DNA of 62,914 nt, counting the filler, from Bigelowiella natans CCMP2755 (taxonomy: Eukaryota > Protista > Cercozoa), in the NCBI GenBank assembly GCA_000320545.1. It is 8 parts of 8 records of this genome, joined end to end, with 100 filler letters (N's around TTAATTAATTAA, not from the genome) between each part and the next. Parts side by side here need not be neighbours in the genome. Positions count along the whole stretch, not along the records: positions 1 to 19,307 come from ADNK01003022.1; positions 19,408 to 30,942 come from ADNK01000684.1; 6 more parts are not named here. The stretch is one strand, 5' to 3'. The notes beneath the pieces were generated by a model. The model was not told the origin of the DNA, made no database searches, and was given only the letters and a program-made list of their open reading frames with translations. The position numbers were made by a program, and so were the translations under genes. Shown in pieces: positions 13,690 to 25,575 of the stretch (position 1 is the first letter of the stretch; the number at the start of each line of letters is the position of its first letter).

Positions 13690-14200
13690 ACAGCAGAGCG
13701 ATGACATGCATTTAACGTGTGCCATGCATGCGGTCTAGAGATGCATGGCTAGATGGGTGTGCGTTGCGCATTTGCACATCTAGACATGCCCGGATGAGCA
13801 CCTTTCATGCTTTCATGCAATGCATCGAAATCGAGCAAATTGATGAACTCATTGCATTGCTGTGCTAGCTCTAGCTAGACCACATTTGTGCAGTCTGACA
13901 ACAAATGCGAGCCGTAGGCGGGTTGCTCGGATGTCGATCTAGATGTGCGCATAGTCGACCGATCACATGCTTCGACAGCATGAGTGGATGTCGATGTCTA
14001 GATGTGTTCAAAAATGTCCACATGACATTGATGTGGTGTTGCAGTTCACTAGTTCAAGAGGTGCGTATCGCAGATGCACAGTTGTCATGACACTAGAATC
14101 GAATGACATCTAGCAGCATCATCGATTCTAGCACTTGCAGCATCGTGCGCATGAGACTGTGCTAGTGTGGAAAGCAACGCGCTTCCAGCTATAAACATCT
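13690..14200. repeat. TpA-eroded intergenic tract (surviving TA almost all in CTAG)
   Basis: Hand count for 13721-14170: 16 TA, 13 of them in CTAG; CpG retained. Confidence 0.65.
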
Positions 14201-14399
14201 TGACAAGAGTCATTAAGTACACCTCTGTGAGACATGTTGAATATCCATTGTATTACAATAGTAAATAATATTCGCAATAAATCGCTACTATACATCGTCG
14301 TCATCATCACCATCATCATCATGGATTAGAAGTTCCAGCATGTGACAAGTACCTTACATTGTCTACTAGAATTTGGCAATAACGATGGCAAAATAAGAT

Positions 14400-15508
14400 C
14401 ACCGCATAGAGTGTGCGCGGAGCATTATTAAGTCACTAATGTACAAACACCTTGCAATCCGTCCTACACGGCTGATATTGTGCGCTGGAATTATGGAATG
14501 AAATATACTGTTCCTTGAAGGTACTGATGTATTTTCCTATGCTCCTGTTGCTACTGAAACTGGGTCGAACGGTATAGGGGAATACCCGTTGATGCTTTCG
14601 CGGCTCCAACACCACCACCACCACGACCGCCATTACTTCTTGTTTTTTTGCGCGCTGTTCCGCTGTTTGTGCTGCGACGGGGCTTTCCATAGATTATGCT
14701 CTCCAGCTTCCGTACCTCATTCTGGTCACAACAGCAGTAATTAAGTCGTTTGTTGCGTCACCGTTGTAGCAATAAAGAGGGCATCTAGGATCAGGACTTG
14801 CCTTATATCTCGAAGTTTCATGAATCAGCCTTTGGTGTTCATTGTTGTACAGTGCTGACTCCTTGTTTCTGAGCTCAAGCTCCGCTGTGATAATTAACAC
14901 GAATGCTCAGAAAAAGCACGCACACATCTCGAGGAAGGCATCTCTCAAGATTTCATCCAAACAACCGACTCCAAAAACATGCTGACAAAAGGTTGTAGTC
15001 TACAGAAAGTAGCCTAGATAATAACAAGGCCGAAGAGCAACCTGCTCCCCTATTTTTTTAATGGAATTCAACACATTTCATTTCGCGGATCATTCTTCTT
15101 TTGATTCCGTTTATTTTTCCTCCTCACATCCGAATATCTTACCATGCAGTCGCTTCATCTCGTCCTAATATATTTCATCAAAACCCATGGACGATGAAGA
15201 GATTTTGAGATCGGTGGGTTACGCCGGATGCAAGGGAGGACCGAAAATGTATTTTATAATAGGAATCGTGCACGAGGGGAATAAACTATTCAGATACGCC
15301 AGCATCACCTTATAATCTTCGATCTTTTGGATTACTCTTTGATTGTGATCGTTGCTTTGCTTCAGACTCTGACGCAATTCCTTCTTCTGCGTCGTATGAT
15401 AAATATATATCATGTGAATTAGCACGAATACTCTCTCTTTCCCTCTCTCTCCCTCCCTCATACACACAAACACACACACACACACACACACACATCCACA
15501 TGTACGAG

Positions 15509-15539
<31 letters not shown>

Positions 15540-17434
15540 CTCTAGCTCCAAGGTAGCCATTTCTACCTGATAACTACGATAGCAGCCAATAATATCATGG
15601 ACACCATGCAAAACAAACCACACGGATATTATAATATGAAGAGGAGGAAGGCGACGAAGATGAAGAAAGGGCAGACAAAACCAGCTGCGGCACCAGGATC
15701 ATCATCATCATCAGCATCACTTCCAACCTTGTCTCCGTTTTCTTTATCCGGCTCTATTTGAATGATGATGTTTGATGATGATCAACACAAAACAACATCG
15801 TCTGAATCATCGATGGTTGGTGCTGTTGGAGAAGGCAACAACCAAGCACTGACGCAGTTGTCCCCCCCCCAAAAAACCGCTTAAAACCTCTGTCGCACGA
15901 CCAGAGCCGCAATCAACATGAAGGTGAAAAATGGAGTTCTACTTATCTTTGTTTTTAATTTGCAGCTAAAACCGATTTGAAGACTTCTTCTGCAATCTGT
16001 CTCCCCCCCCCCCCCCCACTCGAAGTGTAACCTGTAGCTCCTCCACAAGAACGACCATATCGTATATCTACATTATATATATATATATATATATATATAT
16101 TCTCATAAATTAGAACAATGGATCTAGAAATGACAGCAATTCCCATTTTTCATTCTGAGACTCAGACTTTGCGAGATCATTGAAGATTTTCTCAAAAACA
16201 CCTGTTCCAAACGTGTGTTCACACTCTGAGCTCCCATCTAAAGGCGGTCTCTCCAAATCACCCCAACCCAGGCGACAAACCCGGTGATATACACGCCACA
16301 TAGTACGGGCGCAAAACTATCAAATAAAACTACCTGGGGTCTTGTACTGCGTTTACTTTTGCTACACGAACTTCCGCCCCTTCCCCTGAGTAAGAAAAGG
16401 GGGGGGGGGGGGGGGGGGGGAAGGTGCAATATACTATCGTTAAAATAGAGACAGCTGCTTCTTGACGTGTAGGAAGGTGAGGTTGCGGTGATAGTATACT
16501 TCATGTGCGTGTGTTTGGGGATTGATACTGCTACTACTACTGTGCTACTGTTTTGATAGGAAAAGATGGTTATAATACGTTGGCAATGCCGTGCCTCTCG
16601 CTTGTCCTATTATCGAATAAATCAAGTAATTTGAAGTACTGAAATACATCGTCGCGACATTGCCTCGAGCAACAAAGAAGGATGCAGCTAATTAGTTACC
16701 CCCCCCCCCCCCCCCTCCCCTTCCCTTATATTTACCTTTTCTCAGCTTTTGTAAGCCGTTGTGACAGCTCGAGTATGGTCTACAAATGAGGAAGATTCAA
16801 ATATGTTAATTCGGCAGTAAACATCTTAAATCGAATTCCGAGATGGTTCTAACCAGCACCGATCGTGTCGCCAAACGGAAATTATAAACGGCTGCCGTAT
16901 CGCAGCTCTAGAATCATTGGTGTTTCAGCATGCATTACTTAAAAAAAAAAAAAAAATGCTGATACTGTACCTGTTTCTGCACCCTCAAGCTCCGAGGTCA
17001 ACCTCATGACCTCAGATCTATGCAATGGGCAAGGAGGGGGGAAGAGGGGGGGAGGAGGAAGATGATGAAGAGGTACCAAAGTAACATCCAAATTAAGAGA
17101 TTCAGATCGCATGAATGTGGCTCGCTATTCCTACAAAAAGGAGGGCAAAAAGAAGGGAAAGATGTTGTTTCTGTTGCCTGGCTTCCGTTTTTTTCGCAGT
17201 CTCGGAACCCAGCATTGCATTCACATCGGATAACTGACGGAGAATAGTGCAGTGAAGGAAAAATGGCAGAAGAGCAGCACCAGAGACACACAAGAGTAGA
17301 TACCCATCCTGTAATTACTACTTCTTAAATGCTTTGGGTATTAAATGACACCATGGAAGCAACTAAGTAAGATTCTTCATACTCACAGTACCAGTGTACA
17401 TGTATAAATATGTTTATGTGTATATTATATATAA

Positions 17435-17502
<68 letters not shown>

Positions 17503-18738
17503 ACATATATGTGTACATTTCAACATGGCTGCTAATACGTGAAGATAGCAATGAACCTGCTGTAAGAATGTCTGATTCATGTCGCGTAGTTTCGCCGAAT
17601 TCATAGCGTCGGACTCAGCCTTACATAGTTTTGAGTGCAATGGGAAAAGAGAGAAGACGTAAGGCAGGGAGGGGGGGATAGCGAAGGGAACGAATGTTCC
17701 GTAAGCACCAATAATCCATGTTTACTCATCATCATCATCATCATCCTTATCATATCATCATCATCACCATCATCATTCTTTCCTTGAATTTCTCTAATGG
17801 CAATGCCTCTCTCTCTCTCTCTCTCTCTGCATGGAGCGTGCGTGTGTAGGTGTGATGTAAAAAAAAGTATTAAGAAGAAGAACCTGCTGTTTGTGTAGGT
17901 CCGCAAGGAAAGTGTTATGTCGCGTTTCCTGGTGCGGAAAAGGGGGGGGGATAAGCACCGATCCTTTCATTGATTAACTTACCCGCTCAATGGACTCAGT
18001 GCATCATTCAAACATTATCCTGCTCACGAATATAACTAATACTGGCGAGGATGCCTCATCATGATATTGCTCTCTTCCTCACCAAATCTCTGACTTCGTT
18101 CCGGTGATTCTCGATGCACTATGATTGTACGGTTTGGAGCAGCAGCAGCAGCAGCAAAACAACAGCAGCACCCAACCGGGGATTGGGGGGGAGGGGGATT
18201 TAGACATAAATAAAAGATAAAACTAGCAATATTTGAATGCAGCTTTTAAAACATCTGAAAAAGGTTACTACTTCTTCCTTGTCGAATACTTGGCAAAATA
18301 CACGATCATCGCATGATCTTAGCACACTGCAAAGCACGGCATTGTTACCTCCTGGAGGAGCCTTTCATGGGTCTTTCGCAGTGCCTGCACTTCCTGCTCT
18401 GATGTCACCTGTGGGATTTGTTATGGTGTCTACGATGATACTAGGCTTTGAATATAGATGATGGTGGATGGTGATGAAGAAGACCTTCGATCTTGATGTC
18501 TGAGATGCCCACTTACGCCTCTCCTCAGCTTGATATTGTCACAATTACGTTGTAGAGTGAAGAAGAACAACGACAAGAGGAAGAAAAAGAAGGGAAGGAA
18601 GAGGATATCAGGTGCTTCAGTGCCAGTTGAGAGTTGGTGTTGTTCGTTTCGTTTCTTAAAGCCATTCACGTGAAAGAGAGGGGGGCAGACAAATGTCAAA
18701 ACATAATCTTACACCGCCACACACACAAACACACACAC

Positions 18739-18785
<47 letters not shown>

Positions 18786-19307
18786 CCACCGAGTTGTTTT
18801 GCGTGCTTGTTGGCTGCAAGGGCCAATTCCTGGGAGAAAAACACATCCACCCAAATAAACCCAGTGAACGTACTACTTGCTGCAAATACATTATCGCCCT
18901 TCTGAGGTGGTAATAGATTTGACCTTGCGTAGCTCTCGAGACCTTTTCTCGGCGATTTCGATACGTGCTTCACACCTTAAGAAAGGGGAGGGGAGAAAGA
19001 GAAAGGGGGGGGGGGGGGATTAATGGTGGCACTTCGGAAGACGAATGATCTGTTGCAAGCACCGCGAACACATCGTGTCTTTTTCTACGTTAGTGATGAA
19101 ATTACTACCGTTTCTTGGACAGTTCCATCTCCTTATTGTGAGACTCTATGAGCCTTTGCACCTAATTCGAGCGAGAATTGTCATCACATTAGAATCATTA
19201 TCATCGTTGGTAGTTGGTTACCATCAATATTATTATCGATGTTCATATGGCGGCAGGTTTCTTCATCGGCTGCTTTTGCTGCTGGCCGCACAGCCGCACT
19301 TGTGCCT
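14400..19307 (-). CDS. Hypothetical long coiled-coil protein (many exons; 5' end runs into a gap; 3' end approximate)
   Basis: GT-AG-bounded exons rich in E/K/R/L/Q heptads: VQRLIESHNKEMELSKKR|CEARIEIAEKRSRELRK|ELALAANKHAKQL, VTSEQEVQALRKTHERLLQE, KKELRQSLKQSNDHNQRVIQKIEDYK, AELELRNKESALYNNEHQRL. Family not recognised. Confidence 0.6.
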
Positions 19308-19407
19308 NNNNNNNNNNNNNNNNNNNNNNNNNNNNNNNNNNNNNNNNNNNNTTAATTAATTAANNNNNNNNNNNNNNNNNNNNNNNNNNNNNNNNNNNNN
19401 NNNNNNN
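19308..19407. other. Artificial assembly spacer (44 N + TTAATTAATTAA + 44 N)
   Basis: Same 100-bp construct at 19308, 30943, 38718, 46483, 52341, 54256 and 61200; the 12-mer gives stops in all six frames. Confidence 0.97.
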
Positions 19408-19419
19408 CCCCCTCTCATT

Positions 19420-20601
19420 TATGGCAGATGGGCGCTTGCGAAGGCAAAGACATTGGAATCTCGCGGGAGAATCCGGGGGTGAAATCGGCTAGTTTCTACT
19501 GCGTACGTTGGCGTTGTGGTTATGCGGGAGAAGGGCAAGTTGCTGGTATTCGTATATCCTGATGATGAGGGGTTATGATGACGATGATGATGACGATAAA
19601 TTATGGGCGCACTCTTTCAAATACTGCCATAGAAGCATGGAACAGGAGAGAGGGGGAAAGAGCATGTTTTCGATTATGTGTGCGTATGCGTTGAGAGGGC
19701 GTACCCCATAATATTGATGCGACTTAACCCCCCCTCCCCACCCCTTATCTCTCTCCGTCGTTCATCTGTCTTGACGGTATAGCCGCGCTCTCTTCCACTC
19801 CTCCCCCATGCAACCTTGAGACGCAAACTGCGAGAAGATATCCCCACACCCTGGCAATACCAATAGAAATTAGAATTTTTACGGAAGACATCTAAGTGCA
19901 GACACTATTGCACGTGCAGCGAGTCATAACAGCGGTGGTTATGGCACGTGTTGGGGCTAAAGTCGTGCAAGAGAGACGGCGTCTCATTCTCATCAGAGTA
20001 TCCGTTACCAGAGAATCTCTTCACCGCCTCGCCCGGGAATTGGCCGTAAACGCATCGTTGAGTTACAACCTCATCGCCTGACAAGGAATTATTGGAAACA
20101 AAATAAGCGGGGATCGGAGGGAGGGGGGGGGAGCCTGAAAAGACTCGTGAATCTTTCCCAGAAGATGAGAAGGTGCGAAGATTTTATTAGGCCGAACAAG
20201 CGCTGGCAGCCCTGTTGCGTAGGTGCTCCTGCATTCTGCTACTACTCTCGAAGGAAGTCATTCATCCGTACTTGATGTGAGCGAAGCCAGAGAAGAGCAG
20301 CCGGTGGTAGACATTGTGCCTGTGCGACGATGAGCATTGAAAACCACGCAAATCGTGAGCGCGCGCATTCAGGGATCACTCACTCATCCGCTCGCTTTGT
20401 AGGGAGAGAAAGAGAGGAAGAGAGGAGGCGAGAGAAAGAGAACAACTACGCAAGGTACTCATTGAAGGTAGGGCTATCTCTGTTTCGGCCGCCATTGGTC
20501 GCTACCTGTCGTTCTGTACTGTTTTCGCATTGCAACGCCATTGGAGCACTCGTACGATACCTAGTAAACGTACGGAGAGCGAAGAGGCGAGAGAGAGGGG
20601 G

Positions 20602-20655
<54 letters not shown>

Positions 20656-21568
20656 CAATTTTAGAGGAACACCGTGTAAAGAGAGAGGGGGGGGGGGAAG
20701 GGAGGAGGTCGAATGTAATGTACCTGGTTTTGGTAACACCGATTTACTGCATAGATATTCAAGAACGAAAGCTCAGGCACTCCACTGATGGTGTTGTTGC
20801 CTATTTATGCAGCCAAATACGCTCAGCATCAGCATACGTAATATGCGTTTTTCGTCCAGAGACAGCATTGAAGTGTGGCAATGAAGCCAGTGTATTCAGT
20901 TACGTTTGTTCATTTTGATTTTTCGGGATCTTCCCTTTCCATTACCCACCCATTTTCTCGCCCTCTGTCTCTCTCTCTCTATCTCTCCCTCCCTCCCTCC
21001 CATATATAGATCCGACAAAGTTCTTGGGAATAGTACATGGGTTGGACGTCAGACTGGAGTCCACGTTCGTGTACACCGTTTCCACTCTGCCAATCCAAAC
21101 GAAAAGAAGAATGTAAGAAGAGGTGGGGGGAGGGGGGGAGGGAAGGATGGGAACTCTCGATCAAAGAAGAAGGCGGGAATAATCTACTCTAATTGATTCG
21201 GTTGTTGCGTGCTTGATTTCTGTATCATGGTGAGGTGCTCTTACAAAGGGAACTCGGAAGGGGTAAGCTCCTCGGCGGACACGAATTCTTACAAACCATA
21301 GAATAGGTATATCACTGGTAGTGCTAACACACGCTTTTCAGATGGTAACACAATGCTAAAGAAATGGTAGTAGGTGGGAATCGAATGTTTCCGGAAGCGA
21401 TACGGAGGTTTTTCCTTCTCATTCTCTTTATTATATATTTTATTTTGTTCCAGCATATTTTTGGCAGTGTTTAAGGAGGCACAAAACTATTTTACACCTG
21501 TGAAGTTATAGATTTGTAGGCAGAGTCCCGGTGCAACGGTATACTGTGCGGATAAACACATGCGCGCG

Positions 21569-21606
<38 letters not shown>

Positions 21607-21712
21607 AGGGAGAGAGAGAGAGAGAAAGTGGGGGGGGGGGGGCAAAAAAAAAAAAGCAAAATAGGGGGAAGACCAATAATAATTTCCCATCTATTTACCT
21701 CTCTTCCTGCCA

Positions 21713-21797
<85 letters not shown>

Positions 21798-22483
21798 TAC
21801 ATATGCTTTCGTGAGGAAGTGAGTGTTTCATGTTTTGTACATCCAAAATTTACCTGAGTGAGTAAAGTCGTACACGAAGCATCCGAAAATATCTGTCCAG
21901 AAACATCTGTGTTAAAACTTGTTGTTTCGGAGGAAGCGCGGGCAAAATCATGACAATAGATGGCTTCTTCTAGCCATAGGAAAAAGAGGCAAAAAATATG
22001 GACAAAAAACTGACTTTATAGTGAGTATCCGTCAGCATCAGGTAGTTTCCAGTTCTGATGGTGAGGATTAAGGTTAACATCGTAACGAGGGCAACTGATG
22101 AAAATTCTGATAGGCCAAACATCAAAGTTCCATATGATAATGATATGATCATTAAATGTAAACATATTTCGCAAGCCCAGATCCATTCCCATAGTCCCAT
22201 TGACGCATTCAAACGGTCTGAGCATACCCTTTCTGGCACCAGTCCTGTTGGATCAGCACTTCGTGCATCACCTCGCCTGCACAGCTGGCGGTGATATTGA
22301 AGCGTTAGCAGCTGTTACACGCAACACTCAATGAAAAACGTACTTGTTGTCCGGGAATTTTGTGAATCGACCCCATCTCACCGCATACGCAGGAGCGACG
22401 CAGTATGCTAGAATCAGAGCAATCACGAGAACGTGAGTCTTCGCCGGCAGTTGCCTCCTCAATCCAGCAGCCCTCATTACCAT
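19420..22483 (-). CDS. Secreted/surface cysteine-rich protein (multi-exon; 3' end uncertain)
   Basis: Signal peptide MVMRAAGLRRQLPAKTHVLVIALILAYCVAPAYA, then paired-Cys modules FTKFPDNNCAGEVMHEVLIQQDWCQK, QIFSDASCTTLLTQYTVAPGLCLQIYNF, VNRCYQNQVSYECSNG. Confidence 0.55.
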
Positions 22484-22659
22484 CGAAAAGCGGCAGGTGG
22501 CGACTGGTAAGGTGGGATGGAGAGCTAAATTTAGCGAGTAACTGAATTCGGAGATTTGCTATTGTGAATTTTCCCTACGACAATGAAATTAGACTTAAAA
22601 TTCGTGAAAATGGCCATGCCGTGCTATCTGATGTAGTGTAACGACGCATGTGTTGGCCA

Positions 22660-23599
22660 TGGCGTCTTCATTTCGACGAGAGTGTTCCCGATGTGTTGTG
22701 TGTGTTGCGGCGACGGAGGATTCGTGTCGATGAATGGTCGATGTTATCACGGTATATTGTGATCTAAATCCTTCGAAAGATCGCGAGGCCGACGGATTTT
22801 GACAAACCTTCATTTCAAACCCTAGTAGGAAAGTCCATCCACACAATGCCGTTCGTCTCGGAGGTTTGCCCCATTCGCTCCTTTGCTCGCTAGGCCCCCA
22901 CCCCTCCCCCAATAGCCCCCTATGATTATCATAAAATTGCTCCTCGGAAACCAAATGAATCGCCTGGGTGGCTGTATTTGGGTTAGCTTAGAGTGATGCG
23001 CACTTGTCAGGACGAATGTCATGACTTTTCTCTCCCTCCTCCTCCTCCTCCTCCTCCTCCTCCTCCTCCTTATTCTCTTTGTGCACAGTACCTGTTCCAC
23101 GCATGTTCCCTCCAATGCAACCCAAGCAGTACGTATCAGATGCTGGTGAGAAATGCATATCACTGCTGCTGTGACAGAATTGGCAAAATAGCATTCGTCT
23201 TTAACACATGTGTGGTGGACTTCGACTTCAGATACGGGGAGGCCGTGATTCGAGTGGGCATGAGAAAGAGATGTGAGCATCTCTAAGATAATCAAATGTA
23301 TATCCTTTTAACATATTCTTTTTTGTGCTTTTGCTCGCTCAGGGTCCAAGATAAAGAGTACTGCCTGAAGGTCATCTCGAATCCCCGATGTGTTGATTTT
23401 CGCCTAAAGGTTCGCTTTCAATGTCAACGGTAGGGATGCCGAAGTGCAGCTGATACGCTCGCGCAGGCTGACGAGAAAATTCTTCCACTTCCAGGGGTAA
23501 AGGCTTTCGATACTGTTTCTTCCCCCTTATCAACAATTTAAGCCAACAGCAAGGAAGTCGGTACTGTTTCGTCTTCGTCTCGACAGTACACGAAATCCG

Positions 23600-23663
<64 letters not shown>

Positions 23664-23962
23664 TCCTGGTGTCATTCCGAAAAGGATATAAGGAGAGGAA
23701 CTGTTGATTTGTGCAATTTAGGACCACAGCAGCATCCTGAAATCCAGAGGAAAGAAAGCAATAATTGTCAAGTCACAAGATGGATTATCGAAGCTGAAGA
23801 AAATTGCAGGCACTAAATGTCAGTCAGCATGCAAGAAGGTGGGTGAAACACATCATAAATTGCCATGTGAGTCGAAAATGATTAAACTCGCTCGATACAG
23901 GGAGAGGACTTCAAGGAGTGCTTCAAAGAGGTCATCGGGAAATGCTCTCACCCTGTGTGCTG
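22660..23962 (+). CDS. Possible small multi-exon hypothetical gene
   Basis: AG/GT-bounded open segments (IGKIAFVFNTCVVDFDFRYGEAVIR; VQDKEYCLK|ADEKILPLPG; DHSSILKSRGKKAIIVKSQDGLSKLKK; GEDFKECFKEVIGKCSHPVC*). No family recognised; start is a guess. Confidence 0.3.
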
Positions 23963-24422
23963 AAATTTAGAGTGTTACATCTATACTGTGTCCTGACATT
24001 CGTTGCTGCTAACTGTATGCATTTTTGTGTTTGAACACGTGGTACTTTCCTACGTCACCGTCAGTGCCACTCCGGGTCCGACAGTCTTTTCAGATTGTTG
24101 AAGCAAGTCATGTAGTCTCATCATCAACATTGTGCTGAAAAAGATCAAGTGCCCATGCAATCTCACTTCTGGCACGCGAACTACAAATTGTCGTGTTCAT
24201 GGTCAGCACTGAAGTTCTGAAATCATCTATTGTATAATTGCTAGCAAGACAGATGACAACACATGGAGACTGAGTCTCTGTGCGTGTGTGCATCATTTTG
24301 GATATATGGATCGATGATGTGGTGCTCCCGCACACATGTCTGTGCACTGTCTAGCTGTTCCGCAAAAGATGATTTCATTGTCACCCTGCATCCAGCCATG
24401 TTTCATGCACCGCAAGTCATGT

Positions 24423-25308
24423 GAGACGGATGTGATTTGTCAATTGAACTTGTTTGTATATTTGATGGCCATCCTTTCACCGCAAGTGCAGCCTGAGCTC
24501 ATTCGGATTGTGATTTCCACACATGCCGACGCTCCAATGTGCAGCAAACAGCAAAGGCAACACCAAAGCTTGCACAGGCGACAGAGCCGCCGTTGGTGCA
24601 AGCGAGGTGCAACGCAGTGCCCGCGACACATCAACTGCTCAGGCTCTGGGAGCTTGACCAGCGTCGGGCATTGCAGCAGAGTTTTCTCGGCAACAAGAGG
24701 TCGGCTGGAACTGATCGAGCTAGCGAGGTTGAGCTCAATTGAAGCCCCCTGAGTCCGCTCCTCAAAATGGCTCAAGCACAACAACAAGTTCCCCAAAGTC
24801 CTCTCACCTTTCACTTTTTGTGAAAATGCGCCCGTTTGTGTTTGGCTGGCAGCGCGCACACGTTTTGGAGGAAGAAGAAGGACCAGAGGAGAAGAAGAAG
24901 AAGAAGACAGAAGTGACACCGTTGGAGCGGTTGAAAGGATCAGGGGACACGCTGACTCATCGGTGCCTTCCCACACCAATTGCCTGGTGCTTCGACAGGC
25001 GATCGGTTGAAACACTGAAACACCAGGTTCAAGGTCGATCCAAGATTCGTGTGTTCGTTCGATGCTCGATTCCAACAAGACAATCGTTGACAATGATTGA
25101 TTGATTTGTCCTCATGAAATGAATGGATGAACGAATGAATGAAGCAAAGCGAGCCGGTGGAAAGAAAGAATGAAACAAACTTCGTTGATCAACGAGCCGT
25201 CACTCTGATCAATCGCTTCGGATCACAGCCACTCGCCGGCCAGTCATCTGAGAAGAAGAAAGTGGAGAAATGATGATGTCTCCATCTGCAAACCCCGTTC
25301 ATTTTCTT
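24423..25308. mobile_element. Decayed element starting with a copy of the GAGACGGATGTAA terminal repeat; TpA-depleted coding relic
   Basis: GAGACGGATGTGA at 24423 matches the TIR family at 37193/54408; only one TA in 24461-25308. Confidence 0.55.
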
Positions 25309-25575
25309 TATTCAAATTTACAAAATTTGTCGGTAAATATCTTGTCGTACTCCGAAAGAGGGGTACCCTTCACAATTTGTGGCTTGGGTGGATTTGCCAG
25401 CAGAGAAAATCATGAAGAGAGCCGTTCCAGCAGTTTTCCGAAGATAAAAGTAGAAGGATAATGTATATAGCGACAAGGAAATATTCTCCAAAAAAACCTT
25501 AAATTCGGTCTGAAAATGCCTTTTGGGCTCGCCGATCTCGGTGACTATTACTGAACACTTATCGTTTACGAGTCG

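Noticed and set aside
13690-14200. CpG-methylation decay or fungal RIP as the cause of TG/CA-rich tracts
   Set aside because: CpG persists and TpA is the missing dinucleotide; RIP would raise TpA. Some CpG decay cannot be excluded but does not explain the pattern.
19352-19363. Palindrome TTAATTAATTAA recurring seven times
   Set aside because: Always centred in 44 N + 44 N; an artificial six-frame-stop spacer. Adjacency across these spacers cannot be trusted.
24336-25104. Cluster of long overlapping ORFs on both strands (up to 217 aa)
   Set aside because: Loss of TA removes TAA/TAG stops, so long Tyr-poor ORFs arise automatically; not evidence of functional genes.
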